Of a stretch of DNA of 64,000 bases, positions 18,493 through 29,009 are shown one piece after another. The stretch covers positions 32,001 through 96,000 of the IMG/VR virus record IMGVR_UViG_3300020057_000496; one strand, 5' to 3'. Made by a program: the position numbers and the translations under genes. How positions within the stretch are numbered: position 1 is the first letter of the stretch; each line of letters opens with the position of its first letter. This stretch comes from a virus. The notes under the pieces are model-generated. The model did no database searches, was not told where the DNA came from, and was given only the letters and a program-made list of their open reading frames with translations.

Positions 18493-18735
18493 CTATGCTT
18501 CCAGGGCGGCGTCGAGGTTGACGTAGTCAATGTCTATTTCTTCACTCAGTGAGTCAATCAATTCAAGTACGGCCTGGCCGGCGTCACCCTCTTGCCATGT
18601 TTCCGACTTGTCGTCGTGCTGCGACTGTAAGTCTTCAGCCAGGGCTGTACAGAACTTGTTCGCCGCACTAATGGCAGTGCGGAGTGCGTCTTTGAGGTTT
18701 TGCGCTTCGTCCTTCTGGCTCTTCGTGATCTTCAT
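18493..18735 (-). CDS. acidic hypothetical protein
   Basis: 80 aa, SD aaggag. Confidence 0.7.
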   Translation of the reverse strand: MKITKSQKDEAQNLKDALRTAISAANKFCTALAEDLQSQHDDKSETWQEGDAGQAVLELIDSLSEEIDIDYVNLDAALEA

Positions 18736-18789
18736 GTTTTCTCCTTTTGCTCCGGTGATTCGGAGCGGCCTCGATTACCTTAGACCAGA

Positions 18790-19992
18790 TTACTGATTAA
18801 CCCAGTGGTTGACTAGTCGGCTCGTTAGCTCTGGCGTTACGAAGGGTCCCTGTGCGCGGAACTCCTGCTCGCCGTCCTGGAACATCAAGTCTCCCTTACC
18901 CATGAGGTTTTCCGCGCCGGTCCTGTCCAGGATGACCCCACTTGCAGATGTGGTTCGTACTCTGAAAGCGATCTGCGCCGGGAAGTTCGACGTGATCGTG
19001 GTGCTGATCACTTCCGCCTTCGGGTGCTGTGTGCATAGCACCAGGTGAATCCCGGCTGCTCTCGCCTTCTGGCCTAGCCGTGCGACGTGTACCTTCGCAC
19101 GCTTGTCTTGCGCGACTAGGTCGGCGTACTCGTCGATGAACACGACGATAGGGTAAATGCGTTCCCTTGCTTGCTGTGGCGACACGTCAACTACTGACGG
19201 TGCCTTCGCCTGGTTCCACTGCTCGACCGACTGGTAGCCAGCTTTCTGTAGCCAGGCGTACCGATGGTCCATGAGCTTACACATGCCCTCAAGTACGGCG
19301 ACGGCCTGTGGGATTTCGTCCACTACCGGATGAAGCAAGAACGGCAGCTTCTTGTACTGGCCGTACTCCACTCGTTTCGGATCGATCATTACTAACTTCG
19401 TCACGCTCGGGTTATGCGCTGCCATGAGGCAGGCAATCATGTTATTTACCCAGACCGACTTGCCGCTGCCCGTTTGGCCTGCAACCAAGATGTGCGGGTG
19501 CTTAGTCAAGTCGGCAATTCGTACCTGTCCGTGTGAATCCAGTCCAACGATGTACGGCACCTGGAGCTTGCTGTATGCGGCTTCCAGCGCCGGCAGGCAT
19601 GCCGCGAAGTCTACGGATGTGCGTTCCTTGTTCGGGATGATTAGTTCGTCGTTGTCTACCAGTACGTTGAACGGCACTCCGAGTCGCACGGCAATGTCCG
19701 TTGCGCGAGACGGAAGCAGGCTAATTCGCGTGCTGCCGAGAGGGCTCAGCTTATAGCTAGTAGTCACCGGGCCGTTACTGACTGACGTGACGGTACACGG
19801 TAGTCGTAGCTCTGCTAGTGTCGCCTCGACAAGTGCTGTCGGGAGTGAGCCGATACACTGCGGAAGATGGACGAACTCGAATTCCGGCGCTCGCCATTGC
19901 TTGATATGCTCACGGTCGAGCAAGCCAGTGAACGCGGCCTTGATTTTTGAAAACACACCCTCTCCTTTGCTCGGGATTACGAGAACAGCCAT
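18790..19992 (-). CDS. ftsK: FtsK/SpoIIIE DNA translocase
   Basis: PHILVAGQTGSGKS, MIDPKRVE, FIDEYADL, KARAAGIHLVLCTQ, GAENLMGKGD. Confidence 0.93.
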   Translation of the reverse strand: MAVLVIPSKGEGVFSKIKAAFTGLLDREHIKQWRAPEFEFVHLPQCIGSLPTALVEATLAELRLPCTVTSVSNGPVTTSYKLSPLGSTRISLLPSRATDIAVRLGVPFNVLVDNDELIIPNKERTSVDFAACLPALEAAYSKLQVPYIVGLDSHGQVRIADLTKHPHILVAGQTGSGKSVWVNNMIACLMAAHNPSVTKLVMIDPKRVEYGQYKKLPFLLHPVVDEIPQAVAVLEGMCKLMDHRYAWLQKAGYQSVEQWNQAKAPSVVDVSPQQARERIYPIVVFIDEYADLVAQDKRAKVHVARLGQKARAAGIHLVLCTQHPKAEVISTTITSNFPAQIAFRVRTTSASGVILDRTGAENLMGKGDLMFQDGEQEFRAQGPFVTPELTSRLVNHWVNQ

Positions 19993-20347
19993 GCGAGAAA
20001 GAGAACTATGACGACAAACGACAGCCAGGGGGTACCCTTGCCATCGTCGTCACCGGGTCCGAGCCATGCTGGATTCATCACGGTAACAGTGAGACCAGCA
20101 GTAGCACGAGTGCTACGGCAATCGCGCCGTAACAGAATCCATTCAGTATCTTTTCGAACCGTTCCTGGTTCACGTTCCCCCCTTACAGAACTTGTTATGT
20201 TGCCAAAGCGAGTGACAGCCCGTGACATAGGCTAGACACTTTTGGCACAGGTATTTCCTTGCGTGCTCGGGTATCTCCCGTATCGGTTCGTCCGAGTGGC
20301 GCTGTCTGACAGGAAAGTCGTGACGTAGCGACTCTAGTTTGTCCGAG

Positions 20348-20848
20348 TTAGGCACGGGGGTCACCTATGTCAGTTACGATCGACGAGTACTTAGGCCGCA
20401 CGAACGTGCCGTGCGGGAGAACTGGTGTCTGGTACGTATCAGCCCCCATCCGTGCAATCCAGGTTACCCCGTCCGTACCGATCGAGACAATCACCTGGTC
20501 AGGCTCGCATGTCATCATCGGATACATGTCGGAATGAATCAACACCGGCGTGTCCGTGAGTTGCCTCAGTAGATCCCTTGACACCGGGTCACTTGCCCCC
20601 GTTACGGTCTCGATGTCCGTGTCTAGGTAGTATACCAGATCCAGCGCCGGGTCGTCCGTGCGGTCCGCAAGGTACTTGTCCATGCGCTTGAGTAGCCGCC
20701 CTTCCGTCGTCAAGTCTACTCCGAGTTGGAAAGCGACGGGGTTACGAATGCGCGGGCTTGCCCCGCGTGTATACTGGTCCGCCCGGAGTAGGAGCGAACA
20801 GAATTCCTCCCGTCTGTCCGGCGGGTGGACCCTGATGATGTCTGCCAT
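20348..20848 (-). CDS. hypothetical protein
   Basis: 166 aa ORF. Confidence 0.6.
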   Translation of the reverse strand: MADIIRVHPPDRREEFCSLLLRADQYTRGASPRIRNPVAFQLGVDLTTEGRLLKRMDKYLADRTDDPALDLVYYLDTDIETVTGASDPVSRDLLRQLTDTPVLIHSDMYPMMTCEPDQVIVSIGTDGVTWIARMGADTYQTPVLPHGTFVRPKYSSIVTDIGDPRA

Positions 20849-20876
20849 TGTCGAACCTTTCCTGGCTTGGGTGGTC

Positions 20877-21944
20877 CTAGTTAGCGACGATCGCCAGGAG
20901 CTTCCCGGCGCGCTCTTCTAGGTTGTTACGTGAGTCGAGGTGAACGTAGTCTCGTGCCGATGCCGTGAGCCCCTGGATGAGATCCCAGAGAGTGGCGCAC
21001 TTGCCTTCTTCGTTCAGCGCGTAAGTGACGGCCTCTCGCGATTCCCCTTTCGTGAACTTGCCGTGTTCGTTCAAGAACATAAGTACGGCGTCGGAGTCGT
21101 CGGCCTTCGGCAGTACGTACTGCTGCGCCCGCCTGACGGTATCCGCCATCGTAGAGTCCTGTTGCTCGGCGATCCGCAGTAGCCCGTCTAGCGCTTCCCG
21201 CTGGAAGCGCTTGGGGCCGTACTTCGAATGACGGATCAAGACGGACTGGACATGCTGTGCCCCCCAGACAATGTGGTTCCCGCACACCGAGTTGAAGTAG
21301 AAGATAGTACAGCCGAACATGCGTGCCCCCGTCTCGGAGTTCCAGGTGAAGAAACCGCGATTCAGTTCGGCACGTGGGCCGACATCAAGTTGGGACCCAC
21401 CGTCGATCATGAAGATGAACACGTCGTGGTCGGAAGCGTAAAGGCCGTTACGGTTGTCGTCGTATGACTTTGGATTGTAGAACTTTCCGTCCGATCGCTT
21501 GACGGCCGTCTCGGCAAGCTCGACTACCTCGGCATCCCAGATACGTCCGTAGTTCGGGCCGTTGAACGAACGGATCTCGGTGTGGTCGTCGTACGCGCAG
21601 GAAAGAACCTGCACGTCCTGTTCGACAATTTCATTGGTTCGAAGAGAGTAATTAAGGTTCCGTGCGGCCAGTTCTGGGGGGAGCTTCCGCAAGTAACTGG
21701 CCGGGGCTCCCACCTGAGTGCAGAGTTGTCCGAAGGCGCTGAACGTCGGCACGGCGTGTCCGGCCTTGTTGGCGATAGTCAGTCCGCCGTGCTCGGGGAC
21801 CACCGAGAGGTTCCCGAAGGAACGAACGCTCTCGCGGGAGATCGCACGGCGGGAGGTGACGGCCGACTTGAGTGCGTCGAGCGTCGCGTAGCACTCGTCG
21901 TCCGGGCGGTTCGCCCAGTTCTTGTTGGCTTGCATCAGTTCCAT
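20877..21944 (-). CDS. DUF932-family protein
   Basis: WANRPDDE, YGRIWDAE, LYASDHDVFIF, RGFFTWNSETG, VCGNHIVWG; start ATG 21944 with SD aagga. Confidence 0.8.
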   Translation of the reverse strand: MELMQANKNWANRPDDECYATLDALKSAVTSRRAISRESVRSFGNLSVVPEHGGLTIANKAGHAVPTFSAFGQLCTQVGAPASYLRKLPPELAARNLNYSLRTNEIVEQDVQVLSCAYDDHTEIRSFNGPNYGRIWDAEVVELAETAVKRSDGKFYNPKSYDDNRNGLYASDHDVFIFMIDGGSQLDVGPRAELNRGFFTWNSETGARMFGCTIFYFNSVCGNHIVWGAQHVQSVLIRHSKYGPKRFQREALDGLLRIAEQQDSTMADTVRRAQQYVLPKADDSDAVLMFLNEHGKFTKGESREAVTYALNEEGKCATLWDLIQGLTASARDYVHLDSRNNLEERAGKLLAIVAN

Positions 21945-22014
21945 TGCGTTTTCCTTTCTTGATTGAGTCTTACTCAATCTTCTAGTTACGAACTTAGATT
22001 GACGCGTACTCGAA

Positions 22015-22734
22015 TTAGTCGCGTCGTCCCTTGCCGTTGTGGTCGCGGGTATAGCCACCCCAGCCTGCTTTCTTGAGCAAGGCAAATGCACGTCCCGCAG
22101 CGCTGCCTGCCTTTTGTCCCCCGTGAATAAGCAGGGCAAAATCGTGGTCCGCTGCGGCGGCGTGCGTGTCGTCGTGGTCGATCGGTAGGGCGGATTTCGT
22201 GTCGAGTACCACCCATGCGATGCTATAGCCGAGCTTACGTGCGCGGTCCGTTCCGTAGCGCGTGCCGTCCGACACGGTGATGCGGAGGTTATCGGGTAAT
22301 TTTGCTCGCTCGGGCAGCAGATGTACTGATTTGGTGTACGCATAGAACGTGACGGTCGGCCTAGCATGGGCGACGGCAATCCAGGCCGCAAGATAGGCAG
22401 GCGAGAAGAAATCGCCCGAGACGTGTAGGCGAATGCGCGTTGTTTTGTTCGGAATAGAGGCCAAGATAAGTCCCGTCATCGCATCGGTAGTCTTGGCTGA
22501 GCGGAGTAAGTTGAAATTGTTCCATCGTGAGTTTCTGACGGAAGGGTACATTTCCGCCGAGGCAGCAAAGCAGCGATAGGTTTGCGATGTCCCGTCCGTA
22601 ATCTTGCCAGTGTCCGGATCTGCCTTGGCAAGACATTCCAGCGCACCTGGGCAACTATGCCCAGCCGGAAGGGAGAAGGTGTAGGTCCGCTTGTCCAGCT
22701 TGGCATTACCCTTTCCGAATGTCAGCTTGTGCAT
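22015..22734 (-). CDS. gp88-like (radical-SAM-related) protein
   Basis: LPAGHSCPGA.EC...CFA, RLHVSGDFFS, FYAYTKS. Confidence 0.75.
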   Translation of the reverse strand: MHKLTFGKGNAKLDKRTYTFSLPAGHSCPGALECLAKADPDTGKITDGTSQTYRCFAASAEMYPSVRNSRWNNFNLLRSAKTTDAMTGLILASIPNKTTRIRLHVSGDFFSPAYLAAWIAVAHARPTVTFYAYTKSVHLLPERAKLPDNLRITVSDGTRYGTDRARKLGYSIAWVVLDTKSALPIDHDDTHAAAADHDFALLIHGGQKAGSAAGRAFALLKKAGWGGYTRDHNGKGRRD

Positions 22735-22761
22735 GTTCCTCTCCTCCTATCACCGATAAGG

Positions 22762-23142
22762 CTATAGGGTCAAGGGGTCTTTCTTCCCCCCGGCTGGGGC
22801 CTTTTGGGGCCGAGAAATCCCTGACAATCCGCCTCCTTCCGGGTGTATTACTAGCCCGGTCGAGAGCGGAAGCTGGCTTACGAAGCGTACCTCTACTCGG
22901 TCGCCTTTTTGGTTTTCGAACAGGACCGTCCCGTCCGGTGCTACTTTCATCTGCCGAGCCGTGACGCGCCTCCATGCCCCGATCAAGGTTCGTATCGCCG
23001 CAACGGGTGTTACCACGAACACTTCTTTGGCGGCGGCGATCTTGCCGTGACGGTAGTGCGTGACATGCCACCGCGACGCAACTCCGGCGCTGGCCGTATT
23101 GCGTTTGCGGTATCGAGGTATCGATACCGTTCGTTCGTTCAT
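22762..23142 (-). CDS. hypothetical protein
   Basis: 126 aa ORF coupled to upstream gene. Confidence 0.5.
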   Translation of the reverse strand: MNERTVSIPRYRKRNTASAGVASRWHVTHYRHGKIAAAKEVFVVTPVAAIRTLIGAWRRVTARQMKVAPDGTVLFENQKGDRVEVRFVSQLPLSTGLVIHPEGGGLSGISRPQKAPAGGKKDPLTL

Positions 23143-23675
23143 TGGATACTAACCCGGTATTCCTCGCCACCTAGCTTGATTGAAAGCAGGCTAGTGAGCG
23201 CGTAGTCCCGCAGGATAATTTCCTTGTCCGTCTCCTGTGTCAGGGCCTGTTTCTTTTTGACAAGGTAAGACTTGATCTCGTCGAGCCTTTCTTCGTTCTC
23301 GACCAACTCGCCGTCCAGGTAGTAAAGCGGGGCCTCGACAGAACGCTCTACTTTTAGTTCGAGGTAGTACAGTTCCTTGTTCCGTACCAGTGGCGACCCC
23401 GGAATGCGCTCACCCCACTTGCGCGGCTGCGCGGCGAACGTCTCGGTGTGGCCTTCGCGTTCGCGCTGGTTATTGACCGAGTTCTGGTAAGACCAGCCGA
23501 TCATCCCGTTGACCCACGACCGCTTCTTGACCCGGAAGCATTTCTTGATTTTGTCGTAGAACGGATTGTCCGTCTTGTTCATGCTGGGGACCGTCTCGGT
23601 ACAAAGCGTGACGGGTTGCGCGCCGCGCCGCTCGTGTACCAGTTCCATGAATTCCGGTAGATTGACGACTCTCAT
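23139..23675 (-). CDS. conserved hypothetical phage protein
   Basis: start MRVVNL with SD gaggag; YQNSVNNQRERE. Confidence 0.7.
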   Translation of the reverse strand: MRVVNLPEFMELVHERRGAQPVTLCTETVPSMNKTDNPFYDKIKKCFRVKKRSWVNGMIGWSYQNSVNNQREREGHTETFAAQPRKWGERIPGSPLVRNKELYYLELKVERSVEAPLYYLDGELVENEERLDEIKSYLVKKKQALTQETDKEIILRDYALTSLLSIKLGGEEYRVSIQ

Positions 23676-23721
23676 CTTACTCTCCTCTTTCTTAATGGTC
23701 CATGTTCGATTGCATGTTCGA

Positions 23722-24087
23722 TCATCGGGAGCGGGAAGTCCAACGAGTCTTGTACGTACGATTATTATTCTTGCCGGGGACAACAACTGTCGTGGTTGAC
23801 GTGCCACTACTATAGTTAGTGCCACTACTGCTTGTTCCCTCGGCATTAGCAGCACTGTCAATGACGGCCCCAAGGAAGAGGAACGGAACGACGACGGCAG
23901 TTAGCACGACACGACCGGCAGTCTTGATAACATGGTAGTCCTCGCCCTCAACGTACCCAAGTCCGCCCCAAGCAGACGGGACTGGTTCAGTAAGAGCGTA
24001 GCTGTCAGTATCACTAGTTACCCTTGCTGCACACCCAGAAGTTACGAGTAAAAGTAAAAAGACAATTACTCTCATCAATCTCTCCAT
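23722..24087 (-). CDS. putative lipoprotein
   Basis: hydrophobic signal with lipobox-like TSGC. Confidence 0.55.
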   Translation of the reverse strand: MERLMRVIVFLLLLVTSGCAARVTSDTDSYALTEPVPSAWGGLGYVEGEDYHVIKTAGRVVLTAVVVPFLFLGAVIDSAANAEGTSSSGTNYSSGTSTTTVVVPGKNNNRTYKTRWTSRSR

Positions 24088-24112
24088 TTCAGTAGGTGAC
24101 GACGCCTACGGC

Positions 24113-24397
24113 TTAGGCGGTGACACGCGGGATTAGGCGGACCCGCAAGTCGAACCCTAGTGCGTCCGCCGTCCTCGCGAAGGTCCGAATCGTCAGGTTA
24201 CGCTGCGGGTCAAATAGGGTGCTGACGGCCGGCAGGGTCACTCCGAGCCGGCGCGCTAGTGCTGACTTGCTGATGTCCGCCCGCTTAAGTCCGGACTCAA
24301 GTGCGCCGACCGCCTGTGCCAATGCCTCGTTCTCGCGCGCCGTCTTGACTCGACCGACCGCTACCCGCTCGCCGGGCTTTCTGTTCTGCTTGCTCAT
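24113..24397 (-). CDS. XRE-family HTH protein
   Basis: SKSALARRLGVTLPAVS...NLTIRTFARTADALG. Confidence 0.8.
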   Translation of the reverse strand: MSKQNRKPGERVAVGRVKTARENEALAQAVGALESGLKRADISKSALARRLGVTLPAVSTLFDPQRNLTIRTFARTADALGFDLRVRLIPRVTA

Positions 24398-24521
24398 CTT
24401 TTTCCCCCTTGCTGTTCGGGAAGCCGTGCTTCCGGGTTAATTGCCTTACGCCCTTCTAGGCGAGGTAGGGACTCTAGTCAACTTCTTTTCTTTATTTAAT
24501 TCTCGTCAAATTCAGAAAGAC

Positions 24522-24821
24522 CTAGCTCTCAGCAAGCCCGTGCAGGCCGCGAATTAGTAACTGCTCTGCGCCGAACACCAGTAGATTCCCGCAGTTCTCG
24601 CACTTGTAACGCTCGGCATCTGGCTCGACTCCGCCGACCTGAATGCCGCAACCTAGACAGAACCCGTAGTTATCGTCTATTTCGAGGGCTTGAACCAGGG
24701 CGGAAAAAGTCGGCTTATAGCGGCGCTTGCCGCTCTTCGAGATGTAGGCGATAGAATCGCTACTTGCAGTGTGATTTCCTGGCGTCATCGTGACGGCACC
24801 GCGTCCAGTATGGCTGCCCAT
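24522..24821 (-). CDS. Zn-ribbon hypothetical protein
   Basis: GFCLGCG..VEPDAERYKCENCG. Confidence 0.7.
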   Translation of the reverse strand: MGSHTGRGAVTMTPGNHTASSDSIAYISKSGKRRYKPTFSALVQALEIDDNYGFCLGCGIQVGGVEPDAERYKCENCGNLLVFGAEQLLIRGLHGLAES

Positions 24822-25050
24822 GGGGCGTCCCGGCCCTCACTACGGCAAGGCCAGTCGAGCGCCGTCAGTCGTCCGTCCGTCGAGCGCTCAACCACAACGT
24901 CCGCCCTCAGTGCGTCGGCCAACACAGGGTTGTCCCGGAGGGCGCGTGCGTTCCGGCGTGCGTCCGCCGGAGCCGAAAGCGCGTACCTCGTACCGCCATC
25001 GGCCTGTGGCCATTGTCCCCACACCTGCAGTGCCTTGCTGTCGTTGGTCG

Positions 25051-25305
25051 TCACCGTCTGTCCTCCTGCGCGCGTGCATCGTTAATCGCTGCGGCGCAAG
25101 CGGCGAAAGCCTCATCGCGCGACATGTCCCCTAGCCTGATTAGGGCTGCTCGATTGAGGGTCGAGTAGTCGTATGTATTGATCTGGCCATCTAGCGCCAG
25201 GTCGCAGACCGCGCCCAGGAAGTCGTCCCCGTGCTCGTATGCTGCGTGGCGCAGTGTGCTGATCTGACCGAAGCTGATATTGTGCTTGGTTGTCTCGGTA
25301 CTCAT
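25051..25305 (-). CDS. hypothetical protein; near-identical to an internal segment of 30003..30644
   Basis: ~210 bp duplication 25087-25297 / 30250-30459. Confidence 0.65.
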   Translation of the reverse strand: MSTETTKHNISFGQISTLRHAAYEHGDDFLGAVCDLALDGQINTYDYSTLNRAALIRLGDMSRDEAFAACAAAINDARAQEDRR

Positions 25306-25399
25306 ACCCTATGCCCCCTTCTGTTTACTCTTTATCGAACAAAATCAAAACGGAATCGCCGCGTTGTGCGCGACGGATTTTGGGACTTGGTTGGGTTGG

Positions 25400-26158
25400 C
25401 TACCCCACGGCCTCTGACTCGTATACTGCGTTGTACTTGTCGGTCACAGAAACCGAATCAGGCTTGACATCTCGGCAAGACTTGCAGTGCGGACATTGGA
25501 CTACCTTCCGTTCCGTGTACTTCGCGGACAGCCTGAACAAGTTCCCTTCCGGACTGCCGTCGTCCGGAATCAAGAGGTCGAGAATGTCACCCCAGAAATA
25601 CTGGTCCAGGGGTTGACTCCAGGCAAGGGCATTTCTGGTCCGCGCGACCAACTCCGGTGTTGCAAAACCAACGGTGGCCTGGAAAGTATTGTCATTGCTG
25701 TCGTGACGAACAGCAAGAACCCCCTGTTGGATCGTCAGTTTCGTCCCTGGCCGGTAGTCTGCGCGCCGGACCCCGCACCGCTCCCGGAGGATCTGGTCCG
25801 CGTAATTCGCGAATTCCCAGGATGCGCCACCAGACTTTACGCCCCGTTCCGGGACGCCGCCGGGCATGAGGTGGCCGTAAAAGTAGATAATATTAGCGGC
25901 GCGAGCCAGCGAGTACGAAATGACTTCCTCGAATAGCTCCCGGAGTGAACCCGTCCAGTCGTTAGACTGGTCAATGCGTATGTACCTGTCTACGTCGGTG
26001 GACGTGGGCCAGATACAGTCAAGCGTGCTTCTGTCCTGCCCGAGTGCATCGGTCTTGAGGCGGGCGTACAGGTGCGAGATTTGTGCTGACTTCATAAGTG
26101 TGTCGAACTGTGGCTTGACACACTCATGCCAGGCTCGGCCGTAATTAAATTCGAGCAT
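25400..26158 (-). CDS. hypothetical protein
   Basis: 252 aa, SD aaggag, C-terminal CPHC. Confidence 0.7.
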   Translation of the reverse strand: MLEFNYGRAWHECVKPQFDTLMKSAQISHLYARLKTDALGQDRSTLDCIWPTSTDVDRYIRIDQSNDWTGSLRELFEEVISYSLARAANIIYFYGHLMPGGVPERGVKSGGASWEFANYADQILRERCGVRRADYRPGTKLTIQQGVLAVRHDSNDNTFQATVGFATPELVARTRNALAWSQPLDQYFWGDILDLLIPDDGSPEGNLFRLSAKYTERKVVQCPHCKSCRDVKPDSVSVTDKYNAVYESEAVG

Positions 26159-26245
26159 CAGAATTTCTCCTTATTTACCCTATTGTCCTCTTGCCGCCTC
26201 GATAGCTTCGAGTGCGTCTAGAATCGCCAGCGTTTCGCAGGATGG

Positions 26246-26563
26246 TTAGCCCCTTCGTTTGAGCTTGGCCAAGCTGCGCTCAAGCTCCGGGAAGTCGTCG
26301 GCGAGAATGCTTACGTCGCGGACTTCGTAAGGACCCCGGAGTGCTGCGATGGCGTCCGCAGCTTGATCGGCGGGGACCATGAATCGGAAGCTGTGGCACC
26401 GAACGAGAACCCTTACCCCGCCCCCACATGCGGCCGCCAGTGATGCCAAGCTGGCAAAGTCGAGGAAACCTAAGCAGTCAACGATCTTCTCGGCATCGTC
26501 GAGTTTCAGTTGATCGAACCGACAAAGCTCGACTAATGACTTGTCGGAAGTTTTGCCCCTCAT
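26246..26563 (-). CDS. hypothetical protein
   Basis: 105 aa, SD aagga. Confidence 0.6.
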   Translation of the reverse strand: MRGKTSDKSLVELCRFDQLKLDDAEKIVDCLGFLDFASLASLAAACGGGVRVLVRCHSFRFMVPADQAADAIAALRGPYEVRDVSILADDFPELERSLAKLKRRG

Positions 26564-26662
26564 TTAGGTTGTCCTTTCTTAGTTCAGAACTGTTTTCCAA
26601 GTGCTGTTAGCGCCGAAAACGGGTCCCGGAAAGCGGTGGCGATTTCGGAGGCGGGTTTTTCG

Positions 26663-27340
26663 CTATCCCTCTGCGTCGGCTACCAGTAATCGGATAATGG
26701 CGGGAAGTGTACTTTCCGAGATCCTGACGCAGCTAATGCATGAGCGGTTGTTCGGACTAATTTCGACATCGTGCCAGATGTCCCCGATCTTGACGGAGCC
26801 CTTCCAAAGATAGGTCGCGGTGTCCTCGTTGCGGGAGTCATCCGACACGCGGATGCCGGCCGGAAGGTTCGATTTGAACCTCTCTACTAGTTGGGCCACG
26901 CTGGCGGTGCCGGCGTCGTCTGCGTCGACACGCGCCTTTGCTAGGCCGTATGCTTTTTCGGCGCTGTCTAAGAGACGACGCGCGATGTCTTTTGCGACTT
27001 GCTCGGCGGATTTCTTTGCCGAGCAAAAGATAGAAAGCGTCAACTGGTCCTGCTCGCGTTGCGTGGTGCCGCTGAAATATGCCCTGTGGTATCGCTGGAA
27101 TTCCAGCCGATTGCGCAAGTCCCCCGGACGTGCCGACACGCCATACCTCTCGCGGTCCCGCCTGATGTAGAGAGTAGTGCGGCCGTTTGTGATGTCGCAA
27201 GTCTTGTCGTTCCCGACGAAGTCCTCCGTATCAACCCATTTGGCTACCGGGACGAAGCCCGGAAGGTACGTTGCGATTTCGCGCGCCGTTGCGGCGTTCG
27301 CCTTTACGAGGTTGATTCGCTGCTGCATGTAGTCATTCAT
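26663..27340 (-). CDS. hypothetical protein
   Basis: start MNDYM with SD aaggaggg. Confidence 0.7.
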   Translation of the reverse strand: MNDYMQQRINLVKANAATAREIATYLPGFVPVAKWVDTEDFVGNDKTCDITNGRTTLYIRRDRERYGVSARPGDLRNRLEFQRYHRAYFSGTTQREQDQLTLSIFCSAKKSAEQVAKDIARRLLDSAEKAYGLAKARVDADDAGTASVAQLVERFKSNLPAGIRVSDDSRNEDTATYLWKGSVKIGDIWHDVEISPNNRSCISCVRISESTLPAIIRLLVADAEG

Positions 27341-27350
27341 GGCTCCCTCC

Positions 27351-27986
27351 TTACGCTCGGTTGCCGAGCACGTCATATTCGTATTCGTTCATCCGGATAT
27401 TGTCGTCTACTATTTCGTCCGACTGTGAATACTCGTAGCCAGCTTTAAGCTGACGGTACATCCAGCGCATGAGGTCCCGGAATGCTTCCGGCAGGACTTC
27501 GGAGTCTACAACGTCGGCTGCTCCCGTGTCGTCGGGAAGCTCAACGACTACACTCACCGTGTACTCGTGACTGTAGAAATAACTACTTTTTGCAATCACG
27601 GCCGACAATACATTACCGTTACGCGCCTGCTCGTCGGCGAGTACGTCGGCGATTCTGGCGAGTTCCGAGTCCCCCGGTGCGTGCTGCCGGATCAATTTTT
27701 GCGCATGGGCCGCGAAAGTGTAGGTGGCCTCGAAACATGCGCCGTCACCCTGTGAGTAGAATCCGCTGAAAAAGATACAAGAGTCCTGCCGCGTGTTGCC
27801 GGACATTAGCTTGACGGCGAAAGTCTTGAGCTTGATTCCGAGAATCGCACAGACCGTCTCGAAATCGTCACTGCAGGCATTTAGCGGGGATTCATTTGCC
27901 CCCTCGCGATACCAGTCCCGCGCCTTCTCTTTCGCCTTATCCCCCAACTCGTCGAATTGATAGAGGTTGATTTCGACTGTACGCAT
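27351..27986 (-). CDS. family often annotated 'antitoxin of toxin-antitoxin stability system'
   Basis: YQFDEL.DKAKEKARDWYRE, FSGFYSQGDGACFE, RWMYRQL..YEY..SDE. Confidence 0.7.
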   Translation of the reverse strand: MRTVEINLYQFDELGDKAKEKARDWYREGANESPLNACSDDFETVCAILGIKLKTFAVKLMSGNTRQDSCIFFSGFYSQGDGACFEATYTFAAHAQKLIRQHAPGDSELARIADVLADEQARNGNVLSAVIAKSSYFYSHEYTVSVVVELPDDTGAADVVDSEVLPEAFRDLMRWMYRQLKAGYEYSQSDEIVDDNIRMNEYEYDVLGNRA

Positions 27987-28276
27987 TACCCTTTCCCCCA
28001 TTGCTGTTTTGCGATATTGAGAGACGAGGAATAAAGCTCCCCGTCGTTCGACAAACATCCGTAGCAGAAGATCACGTCGGGTCCTGCCATGTCGTATTCT
28101 ATGGCCATGGCCGTATTCGCAGAATTATGGGTCCCGCACGGGCCGCGCGGGTCCGGGTCGCCGCCGTCTACTCGGTACACCCTGGCGCGACACCTTGCAC
28201 ACTTCCCGACGTAAGTGAGAATCTCGCCGGCCGACGTGACTTGTGGCGCATTGGTTCGAAAGGACAGATTACTCAT
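27986..28276 (-). CDS. Cys-containing hypothetical protein
   Basis: 96 aa in coupled gene run. Confidence 0.55.
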   Translation of the reverse strand: MSNLSFRTNAPQVTSAGEILTYVGKCARCRARVYRVDGGDPDPRGPCGTHNSANTAMAIEYDMAGPDVIFCYGCLSNDGELYSSSLNIAKQQWGKG

Positions 28277-28473
28277 GGATAACCTCGACCTTTTCGGCTA
28301 GAAACACACTCCCTATGTATCCGGGCTTATCCCGGCAGTCGTCAAGGATTACTGACACCCTGAATGGCTTGGCGGTCGTGGAACCTGCATACCACGAGCG
28401 TTTATAAAATTTTGGCGTGTCGTTAATGACGTAATTCACGGTGCCAAGCCTTCCGTCCTGTAGCTTCACCCGA

Positions 28474-28707
28474 TCACCCCGCGTCATATTCAACCTCGAT
28501 TTCTTCGTCGTCGAACCCGCAGCATGGGTCCCCTACGTCGAGCGTTTGCCCACATTCGTCGCAGTCGTATTGCTTGACCCATCGGTCAAGATCACGGTCG
28601 AAACGGGCGTTTGTGTTCGGGCATCCGCGCTCATGGCACGGCACGCCACAGATTGAGAGAAGCTCGCACTGGTCACATGACAGTCGGTAAGCTCTTATGC
28701 GCGGCAC
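28474..28707 (-). CDS. Cys-rich Zn-binding small protein
   Basis: CDQC..CHERGCPN..CDECG. Confidence 0.6.
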   Translation of the reverse strand: MPRIRAYRLSCDQCELLSICGVPCHERGCPNTNARFDRDLDRWVKQYDCDECGQTLDVGDPCCGFDDEEIEVEYDAG

Positions 28708-28826
28708 GGGTCCCCCTATTCGTCAGTTTTAATCTCAATCCCAAGTGCGATCAATTCCGACAAATTCATCGGCGGATTGTTCAATTACTGTTGGCATATC
28801 CGCCCCTTACGTCGTCCATGGGTCCC

Positions 28827-29009
28827 TCAATAATCCTCGGCGTCGATCGGTTCGTCTACGTCGGACTGATTGTAGCCGGACAGAATTTCCGGACGAAATT
28901 GTCCGAGCTTTTCCTTTTCGCACTTGTCACACACGCGACAAAGGTAAACCCCCTGCGCGTCAAATTCCTCCCACGACTCGTCGCGGGAATGTTGGCAGTA
29001 GTTACTCAT
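28827..29009 (-). CDS. small Cys protein
   Basis: DAQGVYLCRVCDKC. Confidence 0.6.
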   Translation of the reverse strand: MSNYCQHSRDESWEEFDAQGVYLCRVCDKCEKEKLGQFRPEILSGYNQSDVDEPIDAEDY